Assembly (NCBI GenBank): GCA_963720825.1
Contig: CAVRGY010000002.1
Coordinates: 31,672-95,671, forward strand
Origin: an uncultured Chloroflexia bacterium
GTDB lineage: Bacteria > Chloroflexota > Limnocylindria > Limnocylindrales > CSP1-4
Reading direction: 5' to 3'
Length of the DNA stretch: 64,000 nt
Shown: positions 10,185 to 19,570 of the stretch, one piece after another
How the letters are laid out: the number at the start of each line of letters is the position of its first letter
How positions within the stretch are numbered: the stretch's first letter is position 1
Notes under the pieces: generated by a model
What the model saw: only the letters and a program-made list of their open reading frames with translations
Databases searched by the model: none
What the model was told of the DNA's origin: nothing
Made by a program: the position numbers and the translations under genes

Positions 10185-11486
10185 GTGCGATCCTGTTGCC
10201 CGATGGAGGCCGTGTTCGTCATCGCCGTCGCAGGGCTCTCGCTCGCGCTCGTCGCGGCGCTGGTTGCCCTGCGCAATCGCGCCGCGGAGATGGACGACCT
10301 CATCGCGGCCGCGGGATCGCGAGGAGCCGCCGCGTCAGGCGCACTAACCGGGTCAACGGCACCCGCCGGGTCGGGGATAGCCGCCGGGTCAACGGCCCCC
10401 ACCGCGTCGTTGCCGCCCCTCGCCGGCATCCGTCCAGGGCCAGTGGTGCCCGGTGACGCGCAACCCGACCCGCTCGACGGCCTGATGCCGGTCGGGGTGC
10501 TCCATTTCGACGCAGACCGGCGCGTCGACCGGGCAAGCGCCCGGGCACACGTCCTGCTGGAGATCCGTCCCGGCCGGCTCATCGGCCGGACCGTGATGGA
10601 GACGTTCCTCGACGCCCGCGTCGAGGCGCTGGTCGACGGCGTCCCCGATGGCGGCACGGCGACCGGCGAGGCGAGGGTCGGCGTGCGCGAGCCACGCACG
10701 GTGGTCCTCCGGATCCATCGACCCCTCGACGGCACCTGGATCGTGCTCGAGGACGTGACCGAGCTCCGCCGCCTGCAGCAGATCCGGGCCGAGTTCATCG
10801 ACAACCTGAGCCACGAGCTGCGAACGCCGTTGACGACGGTGAGCCTGCTGGCGGAGACCCTGGCCCGTGATGCCGAGGGTGCCGACGTCCCCCCGCGCAT
10901 GCGCGAGCGGATCGCGAAGGTCGAAGTCGAGACCGGCCACCTCGTCCAGATGGTCAACGAGCTGCTCGACCTCGCGAGGATCGAGGGCGGCACCGAGATC
11001 CGCCTGGCCGACGACGTGGACCTCGGCCTGCTGGCCCCCGCGTCGACGGACCGGCTGCGGCTGTTTGCCGAGCGCCAGGGCGTGGAGCTGGCCGTGGAGG
11101 TGGACCCGGCCGCGCCGCCGGTCCGTGGCGACGAAGAGCGGTTGGGGCAGGTGATCGTGAACCTGGTCCACAACGCGGTCAAGTTCAGCCCCGGCGGTGG
11201 CGTGGTCACCGTCGATGTCCGAGCGGACGCCAGTGACGTGATCGTCTCGGTCACGGATCACGGGATCGGGATCTCGGCCACCGATGCCGCCCGGATCTTC
11301 GAGCGCTTCTACAAGGCCGACCGCGCCCGCGTGCGCGGCGGTGGGACGGGCCTGGGCCTCGCGATCGCCCGCCACGTCGTCGAACGTCACGGCGGCCGGA
11401 TCTGGGTGGAGTCCGAGGAGGGACAAGGCTCCACGTTTGCATTCGCGATCCCGGCGCTTCCGGTCGCGCCGCACCCCGATCGATGA
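10185..11486 (+). CDS. Sensor histidine kinase, SenX3/PhoR-like (N-terminal TM helix, HisKA, HATPase_c).
   Basis: H-box HELRTPLTTVSLLAETL, N-box VIVNLVHNAVKFSP, G-boxes DHGIGI and GTGLGLAIARHVVERHGGRIWVESEEGQGSTFAFAIP. The N-terminus is hydrophobic. Confidence 0.8.
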   Translation: MRSCCPMEAVFVIAVAGLSLALVAALVALRNRAAEMDDLIAAAGSRGAAASGALTGSTAPAGSGIAAGSTAPTASLPPLAGIRPGPVVPGDAQPDPLDGLMPVGVLHFDADRRVDRASARAHVLLEIRPGRLIGRTVMETFLDARVEALVDGVPDGGTATGEARVGVREPRTVVLRIHRPLDGTWIVLEDVTELRRLQQIRAEFIDNLSHELRTPLTTVSLLAETLARDAEGADVPPRMRERIAKVEVETGHLVQMVNELLDLARIEGGTEIRLADDVDLGLLAPASTDRLRLFAERQGVELAVEVDPAAPPVRGDEERLGQVIVNLVHNAVKFSPGGGVVTVDVRADASDVIVSVTDHGIGISATDAARIFERFYKADRARVRGGGTGLGLAIARHVVERHGGRIWVESEEGQGSTFAFAIPALPVAPHPDR

Positions 11487-12274
11487 ACCCGGCAGCACGC
11501 CATGGAGGGCCGATGGACCACCTGCTCGTCGCCACGCTCAACATCCTCAACCTCGCGGATCGCTGGGCTGAGCGGCTGCCGCTGCTGCTGGCGGACATGG
11601 CGGCCCTCCAGCCGGACCTGATCGGGCTCCAGGAGGCGGTCTACCCGATGCAGCAGGACCGGCTGCTCGGTGCGGCGGGTGAGGCCAGCTACGAGGCCGT
11701 CCGGGGCTGGGCGGGGCGGCCCGAGTACGGCAACAGCCTGCTGGTGCACTCACCGCTCGCCGTGACCGACGTCGATCGGCTTGACCTGGGCCTCTCGCGC
11801 GCGGCACACCGCGTCCGGATCGTGCTTTCCGAAGGCTCCACGCTGGTGTTCGCGGTCACCCATCTCCACCACCTGACCGGCGATCACGAGGCGCGCCTGC
11901 GTCAGGTCGATGCGCTGCTGCCGTGGCTGGATGATTCGCCCGCCCACGACGCGATGATCGTCGTCGGCGACTTCAACGCGCGACCGGGCGACCCGGCCCA
12001 CGCCCGGATGGCCGCCGCCGGCTTCCGGTCCGCGTTTGCCGAGGCGAACGGCGCCGAGCCCGAGGTCACCTGGCCGTCCGGGCTCCAGGCGCCGGCGATG
12101 GACGCGGATGGAGAACCCGGCTGCCTCGACTACATCTGGGTCCGCGGGGCCGTGCAGGTGGACGACGCCCGGCTCGTGTTCGACCGGCCCGCCGTGGGCG
12201 ACCCGACGCTCTACCCGTCGGACCACCTGGGGATCGCCGCGCACGTCGCGATCGGGCGGGGGACCGGGGCCTGA
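11483..12274 (+). CDS. Endonuclease/exonuclease/phosphatase (EEP) family protein.
   Basis: LLVATLNILN…LQEA…GDFNARPGD…SDHLGIAAHV. Typical EEP fold motifs. The ATG overlaps the kinase stop. Confidence 0.7.
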   Translation: MNPAARHGGPMDHLLVATLNILNLADRWAERLPLLLADMAALQPDLIGLQEAVYPMQQDRLLGAAGEASYEAVRGWAGRPEYGNSLLVHSPLAVTDVDRLDLGLSRAAHRVRIVLSEGSTLVFAVTHLHHLTGDHEARLRQVDALLPWLDDSPAHDAMIVVGDFNARPGDPAHARMAAAGFRSAFAEANGAEPEVTWPSGLQAPAMDADGEPGCLDYIWVRGAVQVDDARLVFDRPAVGDPTLYPSDHLGIAAHVAIGRGTGA

Positions 12275-12312
12275 GCGCGGGCGACCCGGGCCCGGACGCG
12301 GGCGATCGGGGC

Positions 12313-13032
12313 CTGAACGAGGGGACCAGGATCCTCCGGCTGGCCCATCGCGGCGACTGGCGGCGCGCCCCGGAGAACACGCTCGAGGCCCTCCTCGCGG
12401 CCACCGCGATCGCGGGCTGCGACGGGGTGGAGCTCGACGTCCGGGTCGCGCGCGACGGCGTCCCGGTGCTGCTCCACGACCAGACCCTCGCGCGTGTCCA
12501 GCACCGTCCGGGCCGGGTGGACGAGCTCACCGCGGCGGAGCTCGGTGCGGCCGGCATCCCCGACCTCGCAACGGTGCTTCGTGCGCTCCGTCCCCCGACA
12601 TTCCTCGATGTCGAGCTCAAGGGGACGGATCACGGGTCGGCGACCGCGACGATCCTGCGCGAAGCCCGTGGCGAGCGGCCCGGCACGGCCGTGATCTCGT
12701 CCTTCGAGGACTCGACGCTGGCGGCCATGGCCGTGCACCTGCCCGGCTGGACGCGCTGGCTCAACGCCGATGACCTGGCGCCGGCGACGATCGCCCGCGC
12801 GGTCCACCTCGGCTGCCGGGTGATCTCCGTTCGCTGGACCGCGATCACGCCCGCAACGCTGGCTCGCGTTCGCACGGCCGGACTCGAGCTGGCGGCGTGG
12901 CCCGTGCGCAGCCGCGAGGCCTTCGCACGCCTGGCCGCGCTGGGCGTGGCGGCAGCGTGCGTGGAGGGCGACGCGCTCGGCGCCGGGCGATCGCCGCATC
13001 GCGGTCGCCGCGAGGCCGGCCGCCGCGGATGA
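12313..13032 (+). CDS. Glycerophosphodiester phosphodiesterase (GDPD) family protein. Start unresolved: no ATG/GTG/TTG upstream of the conserved HRG motif.
   Basis: RILRLAHRGDWRRAPENTLEA…VELDVRVARDGVPVLLHDQTL… This is the GDPD N-terminal catalytic motif. The frame is open upstream but has no canonical start, so the lower coordinate is a guess. Confidence 0.65.
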   Translation: MNEGTRILRLAHRGDWRRAPENTLEALLAATAIAGCDGVELDVRVARDGVPVLLHDQTLARVQHRPGRVDELTAAELGAAGIPDLATVLRALRPPTFLDVELKGTDHGSATATILREARGERPGTAVISSFEDSTLAAMAVHLPGWTRWLNADDLAPATIARAVHLGCRVISVRWTAITPATLARVRTAGLELAAWPVRSREAFARLAALGVAAACVEGDALGAGRSPHRGRREAGRRG

Positions 13033-13048
13033 TCGGATACCGTGAACG

Positions 13049-13945
13049 GTGATGACCAGACAACGACGCCCGCGGGTGAACACAAGCGGGTCCGCCCGCC
13101 ACGAACGGAGCGCGAACATGGCGATCAATCGGGCAGGGGTGCGCGATAGCGGCCGGGGAGCGGAGGGCCTCGTCCTCGAAGCGGCCGGCGCACGCGCGAT
13201 CGTCGATGCACACAACGGTGGCCGGCTCGCCTCCGTGCTCGTCGCGGGCCGGGAGCTCCTGGTGACGGACCGCGAGCGCGGGTCCATGTACTGGGGCGCG
13301 TTTCCGATGGCACCGTGGGCGGGCCGGGTCCGCCACGGCCGGTTCTCGTTCGCCGGCCGCGAGCACCAGCTCCCGTTGGGCATGCCGCCGCACGCCATCC
13401 ACGGCGTCGCCCATGACCGGCCGTGGCGCGTGGTGGACGCCGCGACGATCGCGATCGACCTCGACGGCAGGTGGCCGTTCCAGGGTTCGGTGACGCAGCG
13501 GTTTGCACTGGACGAGGATGGGCTCGAGGTGGCGATGACGCTCGAAGCCGTGGAGCCGATGCCCGCGACGATCGGCTGGCACCCCTGGTTCCGCAGGGCC
13601 CTCGAGCCCGGCGACGTCCCGGTCGCGCTCGACTTCGCCGCCGACGAGATGCTCGTCCGCGATGCGGAGGGGATGCCCAGCGGCCGGCGGGTGCCGCCGC
13701 CGGCGGGCCCGTGGGACGATGCGTTCACCGGCATCCGGCACGACCCCGTGCTCGTGTGGCCCGGCCTTCTGCGGCTCGAGCTTTCGTCGAGCTGTGCCTG
13801 GTGGGTCGTGTACACGGAGCCCGAGGACGCGATCTGCGTGGAGCCCCAGAGCGGGCCGCCGGACTCCTTCAACGGGGACGCGGACGTCGTCCGCCCTGGG
13901 TCACCGCTGACACACCTGATGCGCTGGCGCTGGACACGCGGCTGA
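13049..13945 (+). CDS. Aldose 1-epimerase (galactose mutarotase-like) family protein.
   Basis: Mutarotase-like pattern: …GGRLASVLVAGRELLV…HGVAHDRPWRV…WHPWF… The true start may be the internal MAINRAG. Confidence 0.6.
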   Translation: MMTRQRRPRVNTSGSARHERSANMAINRAGVRDSGRGAEGLVLEAAGARAIVDAHNGGRLASVLVAGRELLVTDRERGSMYWGAFPMAPWAGRVRHGRFSFAGREHQLPLGMPPHAIHGVAHDRPWRVVDAATIAIDLDGRWPFQGSVTQRFALDEDGLEVAMTLEAVEPMPATIGWHPWFRRALEPGDVPVALDFAADEMLVRDAEGMPSGRRVPPPAGPWDDAFTGIRHDPVLVWPGLLRLELSSSCAWWVVYTEPEDAICVEPQSGPPDSFNGDADVVRPGSPLTHLMRWRWTRG

Positions 13946-13980
13946 CACGTCACCGACGGACGCCGACGGATGCGCGCGTC

Positions 13981-14484
13981 CTATCCGCCCGGCAGCAGCT
14001 CCGGTGGCAGCAGGTAGCGGAGGACCCCGCGTCCGGCCGACGGGGCACGGCTCGGCAGGTCTACCCGGGCGAGCGCCCCCTTGCGCATCGGCAGGCCCGG
14101 CAGCCCGACCAGCTCGCCCAGCAGCTCCGAGAAGTCGGGGTCGTGGCCGACGATGCACGGTCGCTCGGCGGGGCCGGCGGCGAGCAGGATGTCCGCCAGC
14201 ACCGACGCGTCCAGCGGGCCGGTCAGGCGCGCGTCGACAGCGACCGGGGCGCCGACCGCCGCCGCCACGATCCGTGCCGTCTCGTCCGCACGCACCTTGG
14301 GCGAGGTGATGAACAGGTCCGGTGACACGTCGATGGCGGCGAGCAGCCGGCCCAGCCGCTCGGCCTGGCCGCGTCCCTTGTCCGAGAGGGGACGGGCCGC
14401 GTCGTCGCCGCGCCAGCGCTCGGGGTTGCCGGCGTGGGCATGGCGGAGCAGGAACACGGGGTGGACGCCGGGATCGTCGGTCAC
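13981..14484 (-). CDS. sixA: Phosphohistidine phosphatase SixA (histidine phosphatase superfamily). GTG start overlaps the phoU stop.
   Basis: VFLLRHAHAG…RPLSDKGRGQAERLGRLLA…ITSPKVRADETA… RHG phosphatase motif. About 165 aa. Confidence 0.7.
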   Translation of the reverse strand: MTDDPGVHPVFLLRHAHAGNPERWRGDDAARPLSDKGRGQAERLGRLLAAIDVSPDLFITSPKVRADETARIVAAAVGAPVAVDARLTGPLDASVLADILLAAGPAERPCIVGHDPDFSELLGELVGLPGLPMRKGALARVDLPSRAPSAGRGVLRYLLPPELLPGG

Positions 14485-15245
14485 GGGTTGAGGTCCTCGA
14501 CCTCGCCGGAGGCCAGGAACACGATGTCCTCCGCGATGTTCGTGACCCGGTCCCCGATGCGCTCGAGGTAGTGCGAGGCGAACAGGATCCGGGTGCCGGG
14601 CTCCACGTTCGCGGGATCGTCGCGCATCAGCACGAGAACCCGGTCGAAGATCGCGTGGTACAGGTCGTCGACCTGGTCGTCCAGCCGGGCGACCTCGCGC
14701 GCCTGGGCCTCGTCCACCTCGACCAGCGCGCGAATGATCCCGTGCACCAGCTCGGCCACCCGCTCGCCGAGGGTCGGGAGGTCCACGAAGTTCCCCATCG
14801 GGGGATACGGGGCCAGCTTGCGCGCCTGCTTGGCGACCGAGCCGGCATGGTCGCCCATCCGCTCCAGCTCGTACGAGACGTGGTCCAGGGTGAGCAGGTA
14901 CCGGAGGTCCCGAGCCACCGGGTTCTGGGTCGCGATCACGGCCGCGATCATCGCGGTCGCCTTGCGCTGGACCTCGTTGATCTGCCGGTCATCGAGGATC
15001 ACCCGCAGCGCCGCATCCGCGTCGTGGGCGATGAGCGCGGCGATCGCCGCACGGATCTGGGACTCGACCAGCGAGCCCATCCGCAGGACGTTGTCCTTGA
15101 CCTCGCCGATCTCGCGGTCGTAGGTCGATCGGATCGGGTGCCGCGGCTCAGCCGGCAGGGGGACGGTCGCGTCGCGGGCCGCCTCGGCCAGGGCGGCGAC
15201 CTCCGCCTCGAGGCTGGCCGCGGTCGGCGTCTCGTTGTCCGTCAT
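14481..15245 (-). CDS. phoU: Phosphate signalling complex protein PhoU.
   Basis: Two PhoU repeats, each with an E(R)xGD motif (ELERMGDHAGSVAKQA and YLERIGDRVTNIAEDIVF). The listed ORF runs further upstream, but the MTDNETP start fits the pstB spacing. Confidence 0.85.
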   Translation of the reverse strand: MTDNETPTAASLEAEVAALAEAARDATVPLPAEPRHPIRSTYDREIGEVKDNVLRMGSLVESQIRAAIAALIAHDADAALRVILDDRQINEVQRKATAMIAAVIATQNPVARDLRYLLTLDHVSYELERMGDHAGSVAKQARKLAPYPPMGNFVDLPTLGERVAELVHGIIRALVEVDEAQAREVARLDDQVDDLYHAIFDRVLVLMRDDPANVEPGTRILFASHYLERIGDRVTNIAEDIVFLASGEVEDLNP

Positions 15246-15259
15246 CGTCGCCTCCCGTC

Positions 15260-16192
15260 TCAGCCGAACCGGCCGGACACGTAGTCCTCGGTCAGCCGGT
15301 CGGCCGGGTTGGTGAAGATCGTGGTCGTGTCCGCCATCTCCACAAGGTAGCCCGCCCGGTCGTCGCCCATGTTGAAGAACGCCGTCTGATCGCTCACCCG
15401 GGCAGCCTGCTGCATGTTGTGGGTCACGATCACGATCGTGTAGTTGGCCCGCAGCTCGTGCATCAGCTCCTCGATCCGCAGCGTGGCGACAGGGTCGAGC
15501 GCCGACGCCGGCTCGTCCATCAGCAGCACGGCCGGGTCCACCGCGAGGGCGCGCGCGATGCACAGCCGCTGCTGCTGGCCACCCGACAGCGACGTCCCGG
15601 GCTGCCGGAGCTTGTCCTTCACGTCGTCCCACAGGGCCGCGGACCGGAGGCAGCGCTCGACCGTCTCGTCGAGCAATGACCGGGAGTGACGACCCGTGAG
15701 CCGCAGCCCGGCGACCACGTTGTCGTGGATCGACATCGTGGGGAACGGGTTCGGCCGCTGGAACACCATCCCGATCACCCGCCGCAGCTGGACCGGGTCC
15801 ACGTCCTCGCCGTACAGGTCGACACCGTCGAGCAGCAGCTGGCCCTCGATATGGGCCCCGGGGACCAGCTCGTGCATCCGGTTGAGGCTTCGCAGGAACG
15901 TGCTCTTGCCACAGCCGGACGGCCCGATGATCGCGGTGACCGCGTGCGGCCGGATGGTCATCGAGACGTCGCGCACCGCCCTGAACGAGCCGTAGTACGC
16001 GGACAGGCCCTTGATCTCGATCCTGCCGCTCGTCGCCTCGGCGGCACCCGGCGCCGGCGTGTCGGCGGCAGCCGGGTCCGGCGGCACCGCGCGCCGGACG
16101 ACGGCGCCCTCCGACGCTGACGGGGTCGCGGGATCGGTCCCCGGCTCGGGCGACGGCTCGAGGTTCGGCGGTGTGGTCAGGTTCACGGTCAT
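15260..16192 (-). CDS. pstB: Phosphate ABC transporter ATP-binding protein PstB, with a Pro/Ala-rich N-terminal extension.
   Basis: Walker [10 protein letters not shown], signature [15 protein letters not shown], Walker [12 protein letters not shown]. High similarity to PstB. Confidence 0.9.
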   Translation of the reverse strand: MTVNLTTPPNLEPSPEPGTDPATPSASEGAVVRRAVPPDPAAADTPAPGAAEATSGRIEIKGLSAYYGSFRAVRDVSMTIRPHAVTAIIGPSGCGKSTFLRSLNRMHELVPGAHIEGQLLLDGVDLYGEDVDPVQLRRVIGMVFQRPNPFPTMSIHDNVVAGLRLTGRHSRSLLDETVERCLRSAALWDDVKDKLRQPGTSLSGGQQQRLCIARALAVDPAVLLMDEPASALDPVATLRIEELMHELRANYTIVIVTHNMQQAARVSDQTAFFNMGDDRAGYLVEMADTTTIFTNPADRLTEDYVSGRFG

Positions 16193-16199
16193 GGCTCCC

Positions 16200-17087
16200 T
16201 CAACCGGCCCGCTGGCCCCAGGTGCGGAACCGCACCAGGACGTTGATCACGAGCACGAATGCCAGCAGCAGGAATGCCGCACCCCAGGCCTGCTGGTTCA
16301 GCGCCTCGTACGGCTGCCGGGCATTGACATAGATGAAGATCGGCAGGGCGTCCATCGGCCGCCCGAAGTCACCCACGTTGACGAGGCGGCTGCCGAGCGC
16401 CGTGAACAGCAGGGGAGCAGTCTCGCCCATCGCGCGGGCGATGGCCAGCATCAGGCCGGTCAGGATCCCGGACAGCCCGGTGGGGATGACGACCGAGAGC
16501 ACGGTCCGCCACACCGGGATGCCCAGCGACAGCGACGCCTCCCGGAGCGTGCCGGGGACGATCTTGAGGATCTCCTCGGTCGTGCGCATGATCACCGGGA
16601 CCATGATCACGGCCAGGGCCACCGCGCCGGCGAACGCGTTGAACTGCTTGAACGGCAGCACCAGGAAGCTGAACACGAAGATCCCGACCAGGATCGACGG
16701 GACGCCCACCAGGACGTCGGCCGCGAACCGGATCACGCGGGCGGACCGCCGGTCGCTGAACTCGTTGACGTAGACGCCGGCGAGGATCCCGAACGGGACC
16801 GCCAGCAGCGTGGCCAGGCCGACCAGCTGGAGCGAGCCCAGGATCGCCGCCAGCGCACCCCCGCCGACGCCCAGGGCCTTCGGTGGCCTGGTCAGCAGGT
16901 CGAGGTTGAGGGCCCCGATGCCGTTGATCGTGACGAACGCGACGATGAACACGAGCGGCACGATCCCGCTGATCGCCGCGAGCAGCGCGATGGCGCGGAA
17001 CGCGCGATCGACGAGGCTGCGGCGACGGTCCGACGCCGATCGGGTGAGCACGCCCCGGACGGCGACGGCGGGCGACGCTGCGGTCAT
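16200..17087 (-). CDS. pstA: Phosphate ABC transporter permease PstA.
   Basis: Multi-TM permease between PstB and PstC, with an EAA-like loop ([10 protein letters not shown]). Confidence 0.85.
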   Translation of the reverse strand: MTAASPAVAVRGVLTRSASDRRRSLVDRAFRAIALLAAISGIVPLVFIVAFVTINGIGALNLDLLTRPPKALGVGGGALAAILGSLQLVGLATLLAVPFGILAGVYVNEFSDRRSARVIRFAADVLVGVPSILVGIFVFSFLVLPFKQFNAFAGAVALAVIMVPVIMRTTEEILKIVPGTLREASLSLGIPVWRTVLSVVIPTGLSGILTGLMLAIARAMGETAPLLFTALGSRLVNVGDFGRPMDALPIFIYVNARQPYEALNQQAWGAAFLLLAFVLVINVLVRFRTWGQRAG

Positions 17088-17091
17088 GCCA

Positions 17092-18054
17092 TCACTCCGT
17101 GCCGACCGCGCCGGCGACCCGCCAGACCAGCAGCCGGGCCACGATGTTGAGCCCGATCGTCAGCACCAGGAGGATCAGGCCGAGCGCGATGAGGCTCGAT
17201 GTCTGGAGCCCGACCGACGCCTCGTTGAAGGTCGTCGCGATCTTGGACGCGATGGTCTGCGACTGGTCGAACAGCGATGTCGGGATGTCCTGCGCGTTGC
17301 CGATGACCATCGTCACGGCCATCGTCTCGCCCAGCGCCCGGCCCAGGCCCAGGATGACCGCCCCGGCGATGCCCGACCGCGCTGCCGGCAGGACCGCCTT
17401 GGTCACGACCTCCCAGCGCGTGGCGCCGAGGGCGAACATCGCCTCGCGCTGGGCCATCGGCACCGAGGTGATGACCTCGCGCGAGACGGACACGATGGTG
17501 GGCAGGATCATGATCGCGAGGATCACGCCGGCGGCGAACAGCCCGATCCCCAGCGGCGGGCCCTCGAAGATGCTGATCGAGCCGCCCAGGGTGCCCACGA
17601 AGAAGGACTCGACCGTCAGCTTGAGGAACGGCGTCAGGACGAACACGCCCCACAGGCCGATGACCACGGACGGGACCGCTGCGATCAGCTCGACCAGGAA
17701 CGTCAACGGGATCGCTACCCGGCGTGGTGCGAGCTCCGCGAGGTAGATCGCGGTGAGCAGCGCGATCGGCGTGGCGATGACCAGCGCGATCGCGGCGGAC
17801 AGCAGCGTGCCCACGATGTACGGCAGCGCCCCGAAGATCCGGTTGACCGGATCCCAGGTCGTGCCGGTGATGAAGTCGAGGATCCCGAAATGGGTGAGGG
17901 CCTCGGTGCTGCTCAGCGTCAGCATCGCCGCCAGCAGGATGAGGATCCCGATGACCGCATACGCGGCGAGGCCCGATCCGCCACGGAACAGGCGGTCGGC
18001 GACCTTGCCCGAGCCGGAGGCAAGCCGTCGTCCGGGAACCTGGAGCGTCGTCAT
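17092..18054 (-). CDS. pstC: Phosphate ABC transporter permease PstC.
   Basis: Multi-TM permease. The motif GLGRALGETMAVTMVIGN is typical of PstC. Confidence 0.85.
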   Translation of the reverse strand: MTTLQVPGRRLASGSGKVADRLFRGGSGLAAYAVIGILILLAAMLTLSSTEALTHFGILDFITGTTWDPVNRIFGALPYIVGTLLSAAIALVIATPIALLTAIYLAELAPRRVAIPLTFLVELIAAVPSVVIGLWGVFVLTPFLKLTVESFFVGTLGGSISIFEGPPLGIGLFAAGVILAIMILPTIVSVSREVITSVPMAQREAMFALGATRWEVVTKAVLPAARSGIAGAVILGLGRALGETMAVTMVIGNAQDIPTSLFDQSQTIASKIATTFNEASVGLQTSSLIALGLILLVLTIGLNIVARLLVWRVAGAVGTE

Positions 18055-18178
18055 GCGGTGATCCTCGAGTCGCGGGGAAGGGTCACGTCGCCAAGGGTAG
18101 TGCCCACGAACGGGACCGACCGGTCCCGCTCCGAGATGCGGGACCGGTCGGCGGAGGAGGGAGCTGCGAGGGGTTGGC

Positions 18179-19331
18179 TCAGGGCCAGACGGCCGACCCG
18201 TTGGCCATGACCTTGTGGAGCTCGTCGAGCGACTTCTGCTGGATCGGGGCGGGGAGCGGTGCGTAGCCCAGCCCGTCCTCGTCGGCCTGGCCGTCGGTCA
18301 GCGCCCAGTAGGTGAAGGCGACCATCGCCTGCGCCTTGTCGGCGTCCGTCCAGTCGACCGGGATCAGCAGGTAGGTGTAGGACGCGATCGGGTAGGTCGA
18401 GGCGCCCGCGCCGTTGATGATCGGGGCCTGGCGGAAGTCGGCCGGGAAGCTCGCGGCGGCGGCCTCGGCGGCTGCGGTGACGCCCGCGGTCGAGCCGGCG
18501 ACGAACTGGCCGTCCGCGTTCTTGACCTTGGCCGACGTCAGGCCGGCCTGCGCGGCGTAGTTGAGCTCGACGTAGCCCACCGTCCCGTCGGTCTGCTTGA
18601 CGCCGCCGGCGACGCCGTCGTTGCCCGGGGCGCCGATGCCCACCGGCCAGTCGACCTCCTTGCCCGCACCGGGTCCGGCGTGCCAGTCGGGGCTCACCGT
18701 GTCCAGGTACGTGGTGAACGCGTTGGTCGTGCCCGAGCCGTCACTGCGATGGACGACCGTGACGGCGAGGTCGGGGAGCGTGGCGCCGGGGTTGAGCGCC
18801 GCGATCTTCGGCATCGTTCCAGTTGGTGATCGTGCCCAGGAAGATCCCGGCCACCGCGTCGGCGTCGAGGTTCAGGTCCGTCACGCCGGGGATGTTGAAG
18901 ATCACCACGACGGCGCCCAGCGCGGTCGGGACGTGGAGCAGCGTGACGCCGGCCGGGAGGGCGGAGATCTCGCTGTCCTTCATCGCCGCGTCGGATGCGC
19001 CGAAGTCGACGGTCTGCTCGGTGATCGCCTTGATGCCGCCGCCGGAGCCGATCGCCTGGTAGTCGAACTGGATGTTGCCGTGCAGCTCGGTGTACTTCTC
19101 GAACCAGACCTGGTACAGCGGGGCCGGGAAGGTGGCGCCGGCTCCCTGGAGCACGAGGCTCGCCGTGCCGGGCTCGGGTCCGGTCATCGCGTCGCTCGAT
19201 GATCCGGGCGCCGTGCTCGCTGCGGGCTGGCCGGTGGGCTCGGTGGTGGCGCCGGAGCCGCCGCAGGCTGCGACGAACATGGTCGCGACGAGGGCGATCG
19301 CGCCGAGGCGCCTCGCAGGGGTGATCGTCAT
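18179..19331 (-). CDS. pstS: Phosphate-binding lipoprotein PstS. One-base frame break near 18808-18816 splits it into ORFs 18741..19400 and 18179..18814.
   Basis: Lipobox LVATMFVAACGGS. PstS motifs GAGATFPAPLYQVWF and …SDGSGTTNAFTTYL… appear in consecutive frames. GGAGGAG RBS six nt before the ATG at 19331. Confidence 0.8.
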
Positions 19332-19412
19332 CAGGACTCCTCCATGGGATGGGCCGGCGCCACGCGCCGTCACAGTGATTCCGTCTCTTGCCGCTCTCAC
19401 GTTCGAGCCGGG

Positions 19413-19454
19413 CCGTCAACGATTGATGTGCGGACTGTTAAGTGCGGGTTAACG
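19413..19454 (-). promoter_or_regulatory. Candidate PHO box: four 11-nt direct-repeat units (GTTAACCcgca CTTAACAgtcc GCACATCaatc GTTGACGgccc), 80-120 nt upstream of pstS and shared with the divergent Ppx gene.
   Basis: Read on the minus strand. Units 1, 2 and 4 resemble the actinobacterial PhoP/RegX3 GTTCACC core at 11-nt spacing. Confidence 0.4.
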
Positions 19455-19570
19455 CTTCGGCGGCGCCGGCTGGGTCCATGCACGGGTCACGTTCCCGCCT
19501 CCGGGCCGGTCCTCGAACGCGAGCGATCGGCCGCCGCACCTCATGGGGTCACGCCGGCCTCGCAGGGTCG

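Noticed and set aside
14322-15284. Extended N-terminus of phoU (ORF listed as 14481..15632) and of several other genes (Pit, DERA, YbjQ, alpha-galactosidase).
   Set aside because: The upstream extensions are Arg/Gly-rich and would overlap the neighbouring genes. Internal Met/Val starts with sensible spacing or overlap to neighbours were preferred.
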